64,000 nt of DNA from Candidatus Falkowbacteria bacterium. Lineage in GTDB: Bacteria > Patescibacteriota > Patescibacteriia > CAIXNZ01. The DNA is taken from positions 223,224-287,223 of the forward strand of contig CAVZGV010000006.1 of assembly GCA_963774955.1 (NCBI GenBank). Direction: 5' to 3'. Of the stretch, positions 47,616-58,093 are shown one piece after another. Made by a program: the position numbers and the translations under genes. Within the stretch, counting starts at the first letter, position 1; each line of letters opens with the position of its first letter. The notes below the pieces were generated by a model. The model was not told where the DNA came from, did no database searches, and saw only the letters and a program-made list of their open reading frames with translations.

Positions 47616-48062
47616 TTACAGGCGATTTTTTCGGACTGACAGCTTTCCATCAGCTTCCGCCTGATGATCCTGATAAGAATCAGACGATTTCGGGATGGCA
47701 TGAAAAAATCCATACACCGAAATAAAAAATGCCAGAATAAAACCAAATTTCATCCAGTCTGATTCGACAAAAGGAATGGCCAAAAAGGAACCAACTACCA
47801 GCAAAATATAAGCCAGCGTCAGAAGCATATTCACTCCCGAATACGTATGCTCTGATTGTTCCACCGACTTGTCCCAGCATTTTTCCGAGCAAACCCAACG
47901 GCCGTCAGAAAGTTCACAGCCGTCAGCATGGACAGGACAAGTGAAATCACATCCGTCAGGTCCGTCAACAGGCTCATCACTGCTGCAGGTTTTGACCATG
48001 TTGCCGCAAATGCAGCAAGGAACTTCGGGTGCCGAAGGATCAACGCATACTTTTTCAGACAT
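47616..48062 (-). CDS. Cys-rich N-terminal domain plus 2-TM hypothetical protein
   Basis: Multiple CxxC/CC pairs (PCCICGNMVKTC, CDFTCPVHADGC), then two hydrophobic helices. Confidence 0.35.
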   Translation of the reverse strand: MSEKVCVDPSAPEVPCCICGNMVKTCSSDEPVDGPDGCDFTCPVHADGCELSDGRWVCSEKCWDKSVEQSEHTYSGVNMLLTLAYILLVVGSFLAIPFVESDWMKFGFILAFFISVYGFFHAIPKSSDSYQDHQAEADGKLSVRKNRL

Positions 48063-48074
48063 AAATTCCTCCTC

Positions 48075-48320
48075 TTAGTTGGCGGACACGGTTTTGGTGA
48101 TGTCAAAATCAGGATCATTTTTCAGTTCAACCCACCGTTTGTCAGAGGTCATTTCCTGCCCCTGCCGAAAGGTTTTACCTGAACTTTCCAGACAAACCGC
48201 AGGTTTACCTTTCCAGGTGCCGATTTTGACAACCCGCCAAGTTGAACCATGCTGATGCAAGCGGTCCTTGCCGTGCTTGGACTTGGCTCGCAAAGTGACC
48301 ATATCGTTAGGATTAATCAT
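48075..48320 (-). CDS. Hypothetical protein (81 aa), co-transcribed with 47616..48062
   Basis: ORF with RBS GGAGG. No family. Confidence 0.3.
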   Translation of the reverse strand: MINPNDMVTLRAKSKHGKDRLHQHGSTWRVVKIGTWKGKPAVCLESSGKTFRQGQEMTSDKRWVELKNDPDFDITKTVSAN

Positions 48321-48455
48321 GACAACCTCCTATTTAATTAATTTTCAAGGAATATACTATATTAACAAAATATTAAGATTTTGTCAATACAAAAAAGCCC
48401 CCAATCCCTCAGGCGCTTCTGATATAATTCTTAGTTCTTAGCTCTTAGTTTTGAG

Positions 48456-49755
48456 TTATTTTAGCATCTTCATCATTTGTTTTTTCGAATCCTCTACCCC
48501 GGGCTGGTTGAAAACATCCACGCCCAAAAGTTCGCCCAGATAAGCGACAGTCATTTCAAAGAAATATAGTAATTGACCCAAATAATATTCGCTAAGCTCC
48601 GGCAAAATAATCGTAGCATTGGCGCGCTGATTTTTCATCAAAGACCAGGCCACAGCCTGCTGTTCAATATTTAAAATTTGAGTCAGGCTTTTACCGGCCA
48701 AAAATTCCAAACCTGAATTTTTATATAAGGGCAATTTAAAATCAACACTCAGTTTTTCCACCCTTATAAATGTGAAAATTTTATCATTAGCCCCTTCATT
48801 ATAAAGCTGCAACTGTGAATGCTGATCCTTGGGCCCGCTGGCGGCAATCGGAGTCAAGCCCAATACTGACTACCTTGCCCTGATTATCATATTTTTTACC
48901 CAGACTTTCAGCCCAGAGCTGGCGATACCAAAATGAAAAATAGTTCAGAGCTTCCAAATAAGGCATTAAAACCGCAATATTTTGATGACTTTTTTTATAA
49001 CCTAAATAATGGTAAGCCGCCATGATAAAAGGCAAATTTTGCGGCCAAGCAGCTTGCTTACATAATTTATCAATTGCCTGTGCGCCCTTGAGTAACTGTT
49101 TGATGTCTAAACCGGCCCAGGCAGCCGGTAAAAGACCGTTAACAGACAAAACTGAGAACCTGCCGCCGCCCGGATAATGGGCTAAAATAGGATAGCCTTC
49201 ATTTTGAGCAATTTGCAGCATTTTACCTTTCTGTGGGTTGGTAGTAATTAAAAAGTGCTCTCTATGCTTTTTAGGCCCCACAGCTTTAATTACCCGGTCA
49301 CGCCAGAATAAAAAATTTGCCGCCGTTTCCAGTGTTTCCCCTGACTTAGAGACAACATAGAACAATGTTTTTTTAATATTAATTTTATCAAGTAAGCCTT
49401 GCAAAGCCTGAGGATCAGTGGTGTCACCCGTAAAAAAAATATTTTTTGCGTTTTTATGCAAAATATTTACCAAGGCCTTGGCCCCCAAATCTGAACCGCC
49501 AATGCCGACTACAACCAGAGTGTCAAATTTTCTCTTTACTTGTCTGACCACACTTTGAATTATATCAGCCCCAGCCAAATCATACGGCAACTTTCTAAAA
49601 CTCATCTCCGGCATATCTGATTTCTTTTCTAAAACGTTATTAATTCTTGGCAGTTTCTTGCCGAGATTGGCTAATTCTGAATTTTTAAACCCAAAACTGC
49701 CCACCTTAGCTGCGGACATATTTCGACAATCGTATTGTAGAAGCTTAGCTTTCAT
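48456..49755 (-). pseudogene. pgi: Glucose-6-phosphate isomerase split by one frameshift near 48800-48863
   Basis: 49755..48799: TLVVVGIGGSDLGAKAL, VVSKSGETLET (SIS/PGI motifs). 48863..48456 carries the C-terminal DQHSQLQLYNEGAND. The two ORFs overlap by 65 nt in different frames. Confidence 0.6.
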
Positions 49756-49922
49756 ATATCTAATTATATCACAATTTTCCTGCTAACTAAACCTTTAACC
49801 CCAAAAATGCTATAATTAAAGAGGATAGAAAGGATTGAAAGGAAGTATAGGAATATAGGATCCTATTCTCCTTCTCTCCGCTACTCCTTATCTTCATATT
49901 CATCCTCTAATTCCTTTATTTT

Positions 49923-50651
49923 ATGCGCAATTTCACTTTAATTTTATTCAGCTTTTTTATTGTAATTCTCCTGGTCAGTTTTAATTATACCGAACCGATG
50001 TATGGTTTCATCGCTATCTTTCTGGCCTTCATCCTGTCCTTAATCTGCTTACTTGCCTATTTGGGCTTTTCCAGAGGCGTAATCACAGCTTTAACTTTTT
50101 CACTCTTACCCTTTCTTTTGGAATATCTATTTTTTAAATACAATTTTCTAAAATTACCATTTTTCAAAACAACAATTTTTACGTCATTAACCAAGGCTGA
50201 CCTGACAAACACGCTTAATCTAAAAAATCTTATTACGATTTTTCTGATTCCGACTTTCTTAACCTGTTGTCTGATCTTTGCCCAAAAAATCAGGCTTTAC
50301 AGCCTGATAAAAAATTACTATAAGACCTTTATAGTAATTGCCGCTTCCCTGCTCTTTGCCTTAAATCTCCTGGTTATTTCTCCCAGTGAATTCAGCTACC
50401 TTGAAGGTATAAAATGGCTGGTTATTAGCCTGATCATTAATCTGTTACTGCTCAAATTATATAAATTCAAAGTTAAGGCCAATGATATATATAAGGAATT
50501 ACCGATTATTATGTTCCTGCTTCTTTACGGTTTTAACTTAATGAAAAATAATAACAGCTATTCTATTTTAATTGCTATTTGCCTGACGATTTACTATTTA
50601 ATCATGCTCCTTAATGAGCATAAATTAAAAAAACTCAACCCCCAGATTTAG
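49923..50651 (+). CDS. Polytopic membrane protein, hypothetical
   Basis: At least 7 hydrophobic helices. No family. Confidence 0.35.
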   Translation: MRNFTLILFSFFIVILLVSFNYTEPMYGFIAIFLAFILSLICLLAYLGFSRGVITALTFSLLPFLLEYLFFKYNFLKLPFFKTTIFTSLTKADLTNTLNLKNLITIFLIPTFLTCCLIFAQKIRLYSLIKNYYKTFIVIAASLLFALNLLVISPSEFSYLEGIKWLVISLIINLLLLKLYKFKVKANDIYKELPIIMFLLLYGFNLMKNNNSYSILIAICLTIYYLIMLLNEHKLKKLNPQI

Positions 50652-51504
50652 AGCCTAATTTTAGTTTCCGCACAATTTTATAGCCGATTAGGCCTAAACA
50701 AATAAAAATGATAACCAGGCTGGTAAATTGGGCCCAACGTAAACCCAAGAAATATGGGCTGTAATCCAAACGCAGAAACTCAGAACCTACTCGGCCGAGA
50801 GAATATAAGATAAAATAAACTAAAGCAATATTACCGATTCCCCGAATTTGTTCGGGGATTTTGTTTTTAGCCAGGCGGATAAGATGCCAGCCAAAAAGGC
50901 TAAAGAAAATAATCAGATTCCAAAGGCTTTCATATAAAAAAGTCGGGTGAAAATATTGGGAGTACTCAAAGCCGACAGGACGATTGGCCGGTAAAATAGG
51001 TATGCCCCAGGCCAAATCAGTCGGCCGGCCAAAAAGCTCCATATTGAAATAATTACCCCAACGGCCAAAAGCCATAGCCAAAGCTAAAGCCACAACTCCT
51101 AAATCCAAAAGCAACCAGGGATTAATCTTATGTCGCCGGCCAAAAAAATAAATCACCGCTAAACCGGCAATCATGGCGCCATGAATAGCCAGACCGCCCT
51201 CCCAGACTTTAAAAACATCCAGCAAATTTTTAGAATAATAAGGCCAGGCATAAATTACATAATATAACCGGTCGCCGATTAATCCGAAAATAACAACGTA
51301 AAAAGTCAGGTCATAAACATCATCTTTTTTCAGACCATACCGTTTGGCCAGATATAAAAATACCAAAAAGCCAAGCAACGCGCCTAAAGCAATTAAAAAA
51401 CCGTACCAGTGGATTTTTAGCCAGGCCAATTGCCACAAGATCGGATTGGGATAGAAAGTGTGTAAAAAATTAAACATAGTTTTATTTGAATTGATAAATT
51501 TCAA
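50635..51504 (-). CDS. lgt: Prolipoprotein diacylglyceryl transferase
   Basis: IHWYGFLIALGALLG, GDRLYYVIY, FGRWGNYFNMELFG match the Lgt signature (G..GR.GN..N.E). Confidence 0.85.
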   Translation of the reverse strand: MKFINSNKTMFNFLHTFYPNPILWQLAWLKIHWYGFLIALGALLGFLVFLYLAKRYGLKKDDVYDLTFYVVIFGLIGDRLYYVIYAWPYYSKNLLDVFKVWEGGLAIHGAMIAGLAVIYFFGRRHKINPWLLLDLGVVALALAMAFGRWGNYFNMELFGRPTDLAWGIPILPANRPVGFEYSQYFHPTFLYESLWNLIIFFSLFGWHLIRLAKNKIPEQIRGIGNIALVYFILYSLGRVGSEFLRLDYSPYFLGLRWAQFTSLVIIFICLGLIGYKIVRKLKLGSKSGG

Positions 51505-52027
51505 TCTGTCCCTGCTGCCAGACCTTTTCCAGATAATCTTTGCCTACCGGTGAATACGGATAATAATTGCGTTCGATATCAGCATAAAACAAGTAAGTCA
51601 GATTATTATCCTTAAAAAATTTAGCAGCTTCTTCATCGCTTAAACTGTCAGCAAAAAAAGCCTCGACTTTCCGGCCTTTATCCTTGGCATAGATTGTTTC
51701 ATGTTCATGACCCATGTAAATAGTCAGGTTGGCTAAACCCGGGAGCAACCAGCTATTAAAACTTTGACCGAAGATCACTCCGGGCCTGGCCGTACTTAAC
51801 CAGGCGGCGGCCTCTTTGTATTCATTGGGCAAATAGAATTTATAATACCGATTTTTAAAATAATCGACATCCCGAACCAGATTAAATATCGTTGAAAAAC
51901 CGAAAAATATTAAAAACATCAGGGTCAGAAAATAGTAATTTCCGTCTAACAGCCGGTAAATACGGGCGGATTTTCGCTTTAAATACTCGGCTAAACGCAA
52001 TAAGGCAATAACTGTAAAAATTATCAT
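51482..52027 (-). CDS. Hypothetical protein (181 aa). Possibly the soluble C-terminal domain of the upstream membrane gene
   Basis: Lies 97 nt downstream of 52125..53132 in a different frame. N-terminal TM then soluble domain. Unassigned. Confidence 0.3.
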   Translation of the reverse strand: MIIFTVIALLRLAEYLKRKSARIYRLLDGNYYFLTLMFLIFFGFSTIFNLVRDVDYFKNRYYKFYLPNEYKEAAAWLSTARPGVIFGQSFNSWLLPGLANLTIYMGHEHETIYAKDKGRKVEAFFADSLSDEEAAKFFKDNNLTYLFYADIERNYYPYSPVGKDYLEKVWQQGQIEIYQFK

Positions 52028-52124
52028 CGGTATTTGCAGCCCCTCGAGAAATCTCCGCTGAAAAGCAATCGGCGCATAAATTAAAATTCCGCCGCAAATC
52101 AGCCAGGTGACTAAAAATAAATAT

Positions 52125-53132
52125 TTATCGTTGTAAAGCTCTTTGCTTTTTTGTCAAATAATAAATACCAACCGCGGCAAATATAAGCAAACAGCCAAAA
52201 CCCCAAAAATTAAAAATGAAGGGCGAAGTCATGGTAACATTTTGGGACGCTCTGACGCCAATAACTAAGTCAGTTTTAATTTTATAATAATGATATAAAA
52301 CCGAGGGCAGGCATAAAGCCAATGCGACCAAATAATGATAAACATAAAAAATCTGTCTTTGTTTAACTAACCTGATCAAGCCATAAACAAATAAAATGGC
52401 GAAAACGTAAGGAAAATAATAGGGATGGAAATTAAACCAAAATAGACCGACTAGGCCCGCGCCCAGACTATATTTGTACTTATTATTTTGCCAGGCCAAA
52501 AGCATGAGTAAAAAAAAGGCCAGCATGCATATCCAGGAAAATATAAAATGGGCATTATGATATAAAGTCAAAAAAACATTGGTTTCGGGCATCCAGAGAT
52601 CTATTGGCCACAGATACAAATCCCCTTGCAAACTGTTTAAAAAAACTTTTTCATAATAAAGGGCGAAATATGCGCCAACTCCCGAAGAAAAACACAAAAA
52701 TATCATGGCTAATTTTCTTTGGATTTTTTCAGCCAAAAAATAAGCCAGAAAAATGTAAGCTAGTGATAAAAGTATCGGAATTGATAAAACCCTGGCTAAT
52801 TGAAAGGCAATCAGGGGTGAAAGATTAAAAATTCTGGCCATTAAACCGACACTTAGCCAAAAAACATTCAAGATGCCATTAGCCTGAGGCTCGGAAGTAA
52901 AATAATCTTTAAGCAGCCAATTCCCTGCTTTGACCTGATTAATGTAAGAAAAATAAACCAGAGTATCACCAGGAGTTAACGAATGCAACCCATCATAAAA
53001 ATAACCTGGTGGCGCGTTAAAATATGCATACACATAGGGGACTGTAGTTATGATAATAACCACAATAATCAATAGAATAACCAGGCGCCATTCTTTTTTT
53101 GTAATTGTCTGTAATAACTGCTTAAAAGTCAT
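52125..53132 (-). CDS. Polytopic membrane protein (glycosyltransferase-39/ArnT-like topology, unassigned)
   Basis: About 10 TM helices with aromatic-rich loops. No confident motif. Confidence 0.35.
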   Translation of the reverse strand: MTFKQLLQTITKKEWRLVILLIIVVIIITTVPYVYAYFNAPPGYFYDGLHSLTPGDTLVYFSYINQVKAGNWLLKDYFTSEPQANGILNVFWLSVGLMARIFNLSPLIAFQLARVLSIPILLSLAYIFLAYFLAEKIQRKLAMIFLCFSSGVGAYFALYYEKVFLNSLQGDLYLWPIDLWMPETNVFLTLYHNAHFIFSWICMLAFFLLMLLAWQNNKYKYSLGAGLVGLFWFNFHPYYFPYVFAILFVYGLIRLVKQRQIFYVYHYLVALALCLPSVLYHYYKIKTDLVIGVRASQNVTMTSPFIFNFWGFGCLLIFAAVGIYYLTKKQRALQR

Positions 53133-53335
53133 AGTATGCTACATATACAAATAAATATAAATGATTACAAATTTGTAATAATTTGTAGCTGATTTGTATA
53201 TTTGTATCTTAACACCATAATCGGTGCACAAAACTTAGATATTATGTGAACATAATTATATAACAATTATACTTGTTTTTAATCGCAAAAAGAAGAGGGC
53301 CCGCATGGAGCCCTCTGGTTGAGATGAACGGTTCT

Positions 53336-53611
53336 TTAGAAGAATATCCGTCCTTGTTTGTTTTTAATTGTCTGGAGCGTGCTAGCTCCGCGATTCGCTT
53401 GGCGTGAATGCCTGAATGAGTTGAAGACCGAAAGAATTGTCAGTCCCGTAAAGAGACCGAGTACCCAACAGGGTAAAATGGTCGGGATCAACTCATCAAC
53501 AGCTGGTGGTACCAGCTGATTGAAGAACAAAAACACGCAAATCACGAATAAAACGAACGAAATCGAACTCCAAAGTTCCGCTTTGGCCGCATGATCCAGC
53601 ATCCGCATCAT
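53336..53611 (-). CDS. Small membrane protein, hypothetical
   Basis: Two hydrophobic helices. Unassigned. Confidence 0.3.
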   Translation of the reverse strand: MMRMLDHAAKAELWSSISFVLFVICVFLFFNQLVPPAVDELIPTILPCWVLGLFTGLTILSVFNSFRHSRQANRGASTLQTIKNKQGRIFF

Positions 53612-53784
53612 AATCCCCCTTTTCAGCTATCAGCTTCTGGTAAACCAACTTTCCCACTTTGGATATACATCCATTATAGCATATATTTTATAAAAAGTCA
53701 AGCTTTTTTTACTCAAATATTAGCTAAATTTTATCATGTATCAAGTAAAAAAGCCTGCCTTTGAGGGGCAGACTTTATATAAAG

Positions 53785-54048
53785 TCAGGTTTGTGCCTGT
53801 GGTGGCAGTAACTGGGTTTTGAGAGGCAATTTGGTAAAAGTAGGACTCAAATCCCCGTCTTGTGAATCATTATTCCAAACCACTTCGGATTCCTGATGGC
53901 AATTGGTGCAGGTTACCCGATAAGGGACATTGGTCCCGGTTATTTGAACCATGGCAGTATGCGAAAAAGGCTGATCACAATGAGGACAATGCTTCTTCAA
54001 TTCAACCTTAAGCGCAATCGGCTCTTCAGCTTCCCACCAGTTGGACAT
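53785..54048 (-). CDS. Zinc-ribbon hypothetical protein
   Basis: CPHCDQ...CTNCHQ four-Cys ribbon. Confidence 0.35.
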   Translation of the reverse strand: MSNWWEAEEPIALKVELKKHCPHCDQPFSHTAMVQITGTNVPYRVTCTNCHQESEVVWNNDSQDGDLSPTFTKLPLKTQLLPPQAQT

Positions 54049-54092
54049 GGTTGCTTCCCTCCTTTGGCTACGATATCTTCGTTTGACCTTAT

Positions 54093-56452
54093 CATTTTGC
54101 TTGATTTAAGTCAAGCATGGTTTTAATGACTGTATCAGGATTTAAAGACATACTGTCAATGCCCTCCTTTTGTAAAAATCTGGCATAAATCCGGAAAATC
54201 ACTGGGTGCCTGACCGCAAATGCCGATTTTAATTTTCTTTTGTTTGGCTATTTTAATGGCTTGTTTAATTAATTTGATTACTGCCTCATTTCTTTCATCG
54301 GCAATATTGGAAATTAATTCTGAATCACGATCCAAACCCAAAGTTAACTGAGTTAAATCATTGGAACCGATGGAAAAACCGTCAAAAATTTCGGCAAATT
54401 TATCAGCCAAAATAACATTGGCCGGTATTTCCACCATGATATAAACTTCCAAACCGTTTTTACCCTGGACTAAGGCAGTTTTGCTTTAAAATTTGAATAA
54501 CCTTTGTAGCCTTCTTCAAGGGTACGGCAAAACGGTATCATGACTTTGACATTGGTCAACCCCATTTCATCTCTGACTTTTTTAATGGCCTGACATTCCA
54601 GCTCAAAAGCCGGCCTGAATTTGGGATCATAATAACGGGAAGCTCCGCGCCAGCCAATCATGGGATTTGATTCTTGGGGTTCATACAATTCTCCGCCGAT
54701 TAAGATTGGCATATTCATTGGTTTTAAAATCAGAAAAACGGACAATTACATCCTTGGGATAAAAAGCAGCGGCAATCTGAGCAATGCCATAAGCCAGCTG
54801 ATCAACATAAAAATCTGTCTTATTTTTATAAGCCGAAGTTAAGATCCTCAATTCTGCTTTTTTAAATTAGGCGGTAATTTTTGATAATTCGTAAGCGCCA
54901 AGGGATGAATTTTTATATAGTGAAGTAATAATAAATTCCAAACGCGCCAAACCAACACCCTGATTGGGTAAAAAAGAATATTTAAAAGCCTGAGTCGGAT
55001 CGCCTAAATTCATCATAATATCCACTTTGGTCTTTTTGATGCTTTGTAAATTTGTTTTTTTAATTTTATAAGGCAAAATCCCCTGATAAACTTTACCGAT
55101 TTTCACCTTCAGCGCAACTGACTGTGACTGACTGCCCTGTTTTAAGTATTTGGCTGGCGTTTTTAGTGCCGACAATGGCCGGAACACCCAATTCCCGGGA
55201 AACAATGGCTGCATGGCAGGTTCGACCGCCAGAATCAGTAATAATAGCCGCGGCTTTTTTCATAACCGGTTCCCAGTCAGGATCAGTCATTTCCGTAACC
55301 AAAACTTCACCGGGCTTAAATTTACTTAATTCTTTTACATTTTTAATGACTTGAACTTTGCCGGCGGAAATTTTCTGACCAATACTTTCACCGCTGATTA
55401 AAAGTTTGCCTTTTCTTCTTAAGTAAATATTGCTCCAAAATATTAGCATCATCGCCTGATTTAACGGTTTCCGGCCGCGCCTGAACAATATAAAGCTTGC
55501 CTGTCCGGCCATCTTTAGCCCATTCAATATCCATGGGCCGCTTATAATGCTTTTCAATTATCAGCGCCCATTTGGCCAATTGTAAAATTTCCTTGTCAGC
55601 TAAAGAAAATTGTTGCTGATCCTTATGACTAACCGAAATATTTTTAGTCGGACTGGCTAAATTACTGGTATAAATCAATTTTTGCTTTTTAGAGCCCAGC
55701 TCTTTTTTAATAATCGCCATTTTTGGCTTATAGACAAAAAATTCATCGGGAGTTACCCTGCCTTTAACCACATTTTCACCCAAGCCATAAGAAGAATTGA
55801 TAATAACTAAATCTTTAAATCCGGATTCTGTATCAATGGTAAACATTACTCCGGCCGTGGCCAAATCAGACCGAATCATTTTTTGAATGCCGGCTGAAAG
55901 ATAGACTTTATCATGTTTTATCTTTTTATCAAGGCGATAAGAAATCGACCGGTCAGTATATAATGAAGCCATACAGCGCTTAATCGCCAAAAGTAATTCT
56001 TTAGAACTCTTGATATTTAAATATGATTCCTGCTGGCCGGCAAATGAGGCTGTCGGCATATCTTCAGCCGTGGCACTGGACCTCACGGCCACATCGACAC
56101 CAGCTGAACGATATTGCCTGGACAATTCTTGATAGGCCTTAACAATCTGAGTTTCTAAATCGGCCGGGAATTTGCCATGTAAAACCATTTGCCTGATTTT
56201 TTGCCCGGCTACTTCCAATTCTCGTCCTTTATTTTTACCTAATTTTCGCAAAATTTTACTGATTTCCTTATTAAGCTGATTATACCTTAAAAAGTACTTA
56301 AAGGCTTCGGCCGTAGTACAAAAACCATCAGGAATACTAATTCCTTTGGAAGTCAATTTCCGAATCATCTCGCCAAGAGAGGCATTTTTACCGCCGACTT
56401 TGGCAACGTCTTTAATGGAAACTTGGGGAAATTTTAAAATGTATTGGTTCAT
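54093..56452 (-). pseudogene. ppsA: Phosphoenolpyruvate synthase / PEP-utilizing dikinase broken by at least 5 frameshifts
   Basis: Domain order is preserved across 5 ORFs in different frames: N-terminal nucleotide-binding (55388..56452, GGKNASLGEM), phospho-His domain (GGRTCHAAIVSRELGVPAIVG), PEP-utilizing TIM barrel ([29 protein letters not shown]). The true C-terminus [15 protein letters not shown]...* is only found by a further frame switch to the stop at 54093. Confidence 0.7.
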
Positions 56453-56641
56453 AAACTTAGATTTTAGATTTTAGATTTTGGATTATGGATTCTAAAACAA
56501 AATATTTCATTAATTAAACTAAAATCTATAATCTAAAATCCATAATCTAATACCATTATACCAAAAAACCCCGCTTCTGACGAAGCAGGGTCTTTTATCT
56601 CAGCTATCAAATTTTTTCTATTTTCTATTTACTCTTTAATA

Positions 56642-57322
56642 TTATTTGATATCCCGTTTTACATCTTCAATCATTTCCTTAGCAGCTTCACGACCGCCCA
56701 AGCCAAAGGCTAGGCCAAAAGCCAAAGCCAACATAAAAATAAGTCCTGTAAACAACATCTGGATCAAAGAAACAGCGACTTTAAGCTGAATCAAAGCAGC
56801 TAAAACAGCAAAAACAATTATTGACCATTTAGCCACTGCGCCGACCAGATTGCCTAATTTTTCTCTGGTGCTCCTCATAACTCTGACAATCAAATCATCT
56901 ACAAAATACCCCAGGACAAAACCAACGACTAAAATTAAAACAGCGATGATGACATTTGGTAAATACCAAGCAATGTCTTTCAAAAAAGTGGTGAATTGAC
57001 CGAGTTTTAAAATGTCAGAGACTGCAATCAATAAAACGACATACAAAAACCATTTGACCAACCAGCCAAAAATCTGTGAAAAAACTACTTTAGTACCGCC
57101 TTCTTCGATTTTTTTAACTACATTGATCTTGCTGATTAAATCATCAATTTTGGCAGCGGCAATAATTTTCTCCACCAGCTTTTCAATGGCTTTGGCTAGA
57201 AAAATACCGACAATTAAAATGATAATGCCGGCGATCAAACTTGGCAAATACATTACCAAACCCTGCCACAGCGAGGTCAAGGCCTCTAAAATCGCTTCTC
57301 CGATTGAGTTGATAAACTCCAT
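56642..57322 (-). CDS. Membrane protein with repeated conserved TM-helix units (MscS-associated TM_helix-like)
   Basis: Three similar about 60-aa units, each TM plus amphipathic segment. Unassigned beyond topology. Confidence 0.4.
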   Translation of the reverse strand: MEFINSIGEAILEALTSLWQGLVMYLPSLIAGIIILIVGIFLAKAIEKLVEKIIAAAKIDDLISKINVVKKIEEGGTKVVFSQIFGWLVKWFLYVVLLIAVSDILKLGQFTTFLKDIAWYLPNVIIAVLILVVGFVLGYFVDDLIVRVMRSTREKLGNLVGAVAKWSIIVFAVLAALIQLKVAVSLIQMLFTGLIFMLALAFGLAFGLGGREAAKEMIEDVKRDIK

Positions 57323-57356
57323 AGGATTTTAAGTTAATTTTTAAGTTATTTTAAAT

Positions 57357-58064
57357 CTATTGTTTTCCGATTATTACCAATACCGCCACACCCTCGGGCT
57401 TTTTTTCACCAATCGGCAGACCGCTTAATTTAGCGCCCAAGGCATCGGCAATTTTCTGCATATCAGGGGTATTACCTGCAATATCGACCACCAGAGTATT
57501 TGGATAATCGATCTTTGTAGAATTTGCCTTGACTGTAACCACGGCATTGTTGAAAGCTGTTTTTATTTTAGCTTCCATTTCAGCTGTTTTAGTATTACTT
57601 GGGTCGCTGGTCAGACTGTTATATACAGCAAAATTAACAGGAGTTGCCGCCGGAGTATTGCTAATATTAACCGGTCCGACTTTCATGATTTTATTGGCAT
57701 TTTCATCAAATAAAATGGCCATATCCGGATAAATAATTAGACGATCACCATTTTTCGCATTAGACAAAAATGGCTGGGCTTCTTTAAGTTTATCAGCATC
57801 AGTAACTACAGCCATAGTCGGGGTAACATCTTTTGGCAAATCTAAGATTTTACCTAATTTTTGCAGGACTTTTTCATCAGCCATTTGCTGACTTTGCATC
57901 TGCCAGGCCAATTGCACTGTCTTAATAACTCCATACTGATTCAGCAAATAATAAATCCCCACGCCCAAGGTCACAATAATGACCACGATAATCATGATTT
58001 TTAAAAGTTTAGGCATTTTTTTACCACCCATTTTGTCTTTTGGTTTCATGGTTTTGATTTCCAT
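57357..58064 (-). CDS. Membrane-anchored extracytoplasmic protein (LytR_C-like C-terminal domain, tentative)
   Basis: Single N-terminal TM. C-terminal VDIAGNTPDMQKIADALGAKLSGLP resembles LytR C-terminal domains. Confidence 0.3.
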   Translation of the reverse strand: MEIKTMKPKDKMGGKKMPKLLKIMIIVVIIVTLGVGIYYLLNQYGVIKTVQLAWQMQSQQMADEKVLQKLGKILDLPKDVTPTMAVVTDADKLKEAQPFLSNAKNGDRLIIYPDMAILFDENANKIMKVGPVNISNTPAATPVNFAVYNSLTSDPSNTKTAEMEAKIKTAFNNAVVTVKANSTKIDYPNTLVVDIAGNTPDMQKIADALGAKLSGLPIGEKKPEGVAVLVIIGKQ

Positions 58065-58093
58065 AGTTTTTTTATATTTAAATTATTAGAAAC

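Noticed and set aside
51482-53132. Idea that 52125..53132 and 51482..52027 are one frameshifted gene
   Set aside because: There is a 97-nt gap and a frame change, but no conserved motif spans the junction, so a split cannot be supported from sequence alone.
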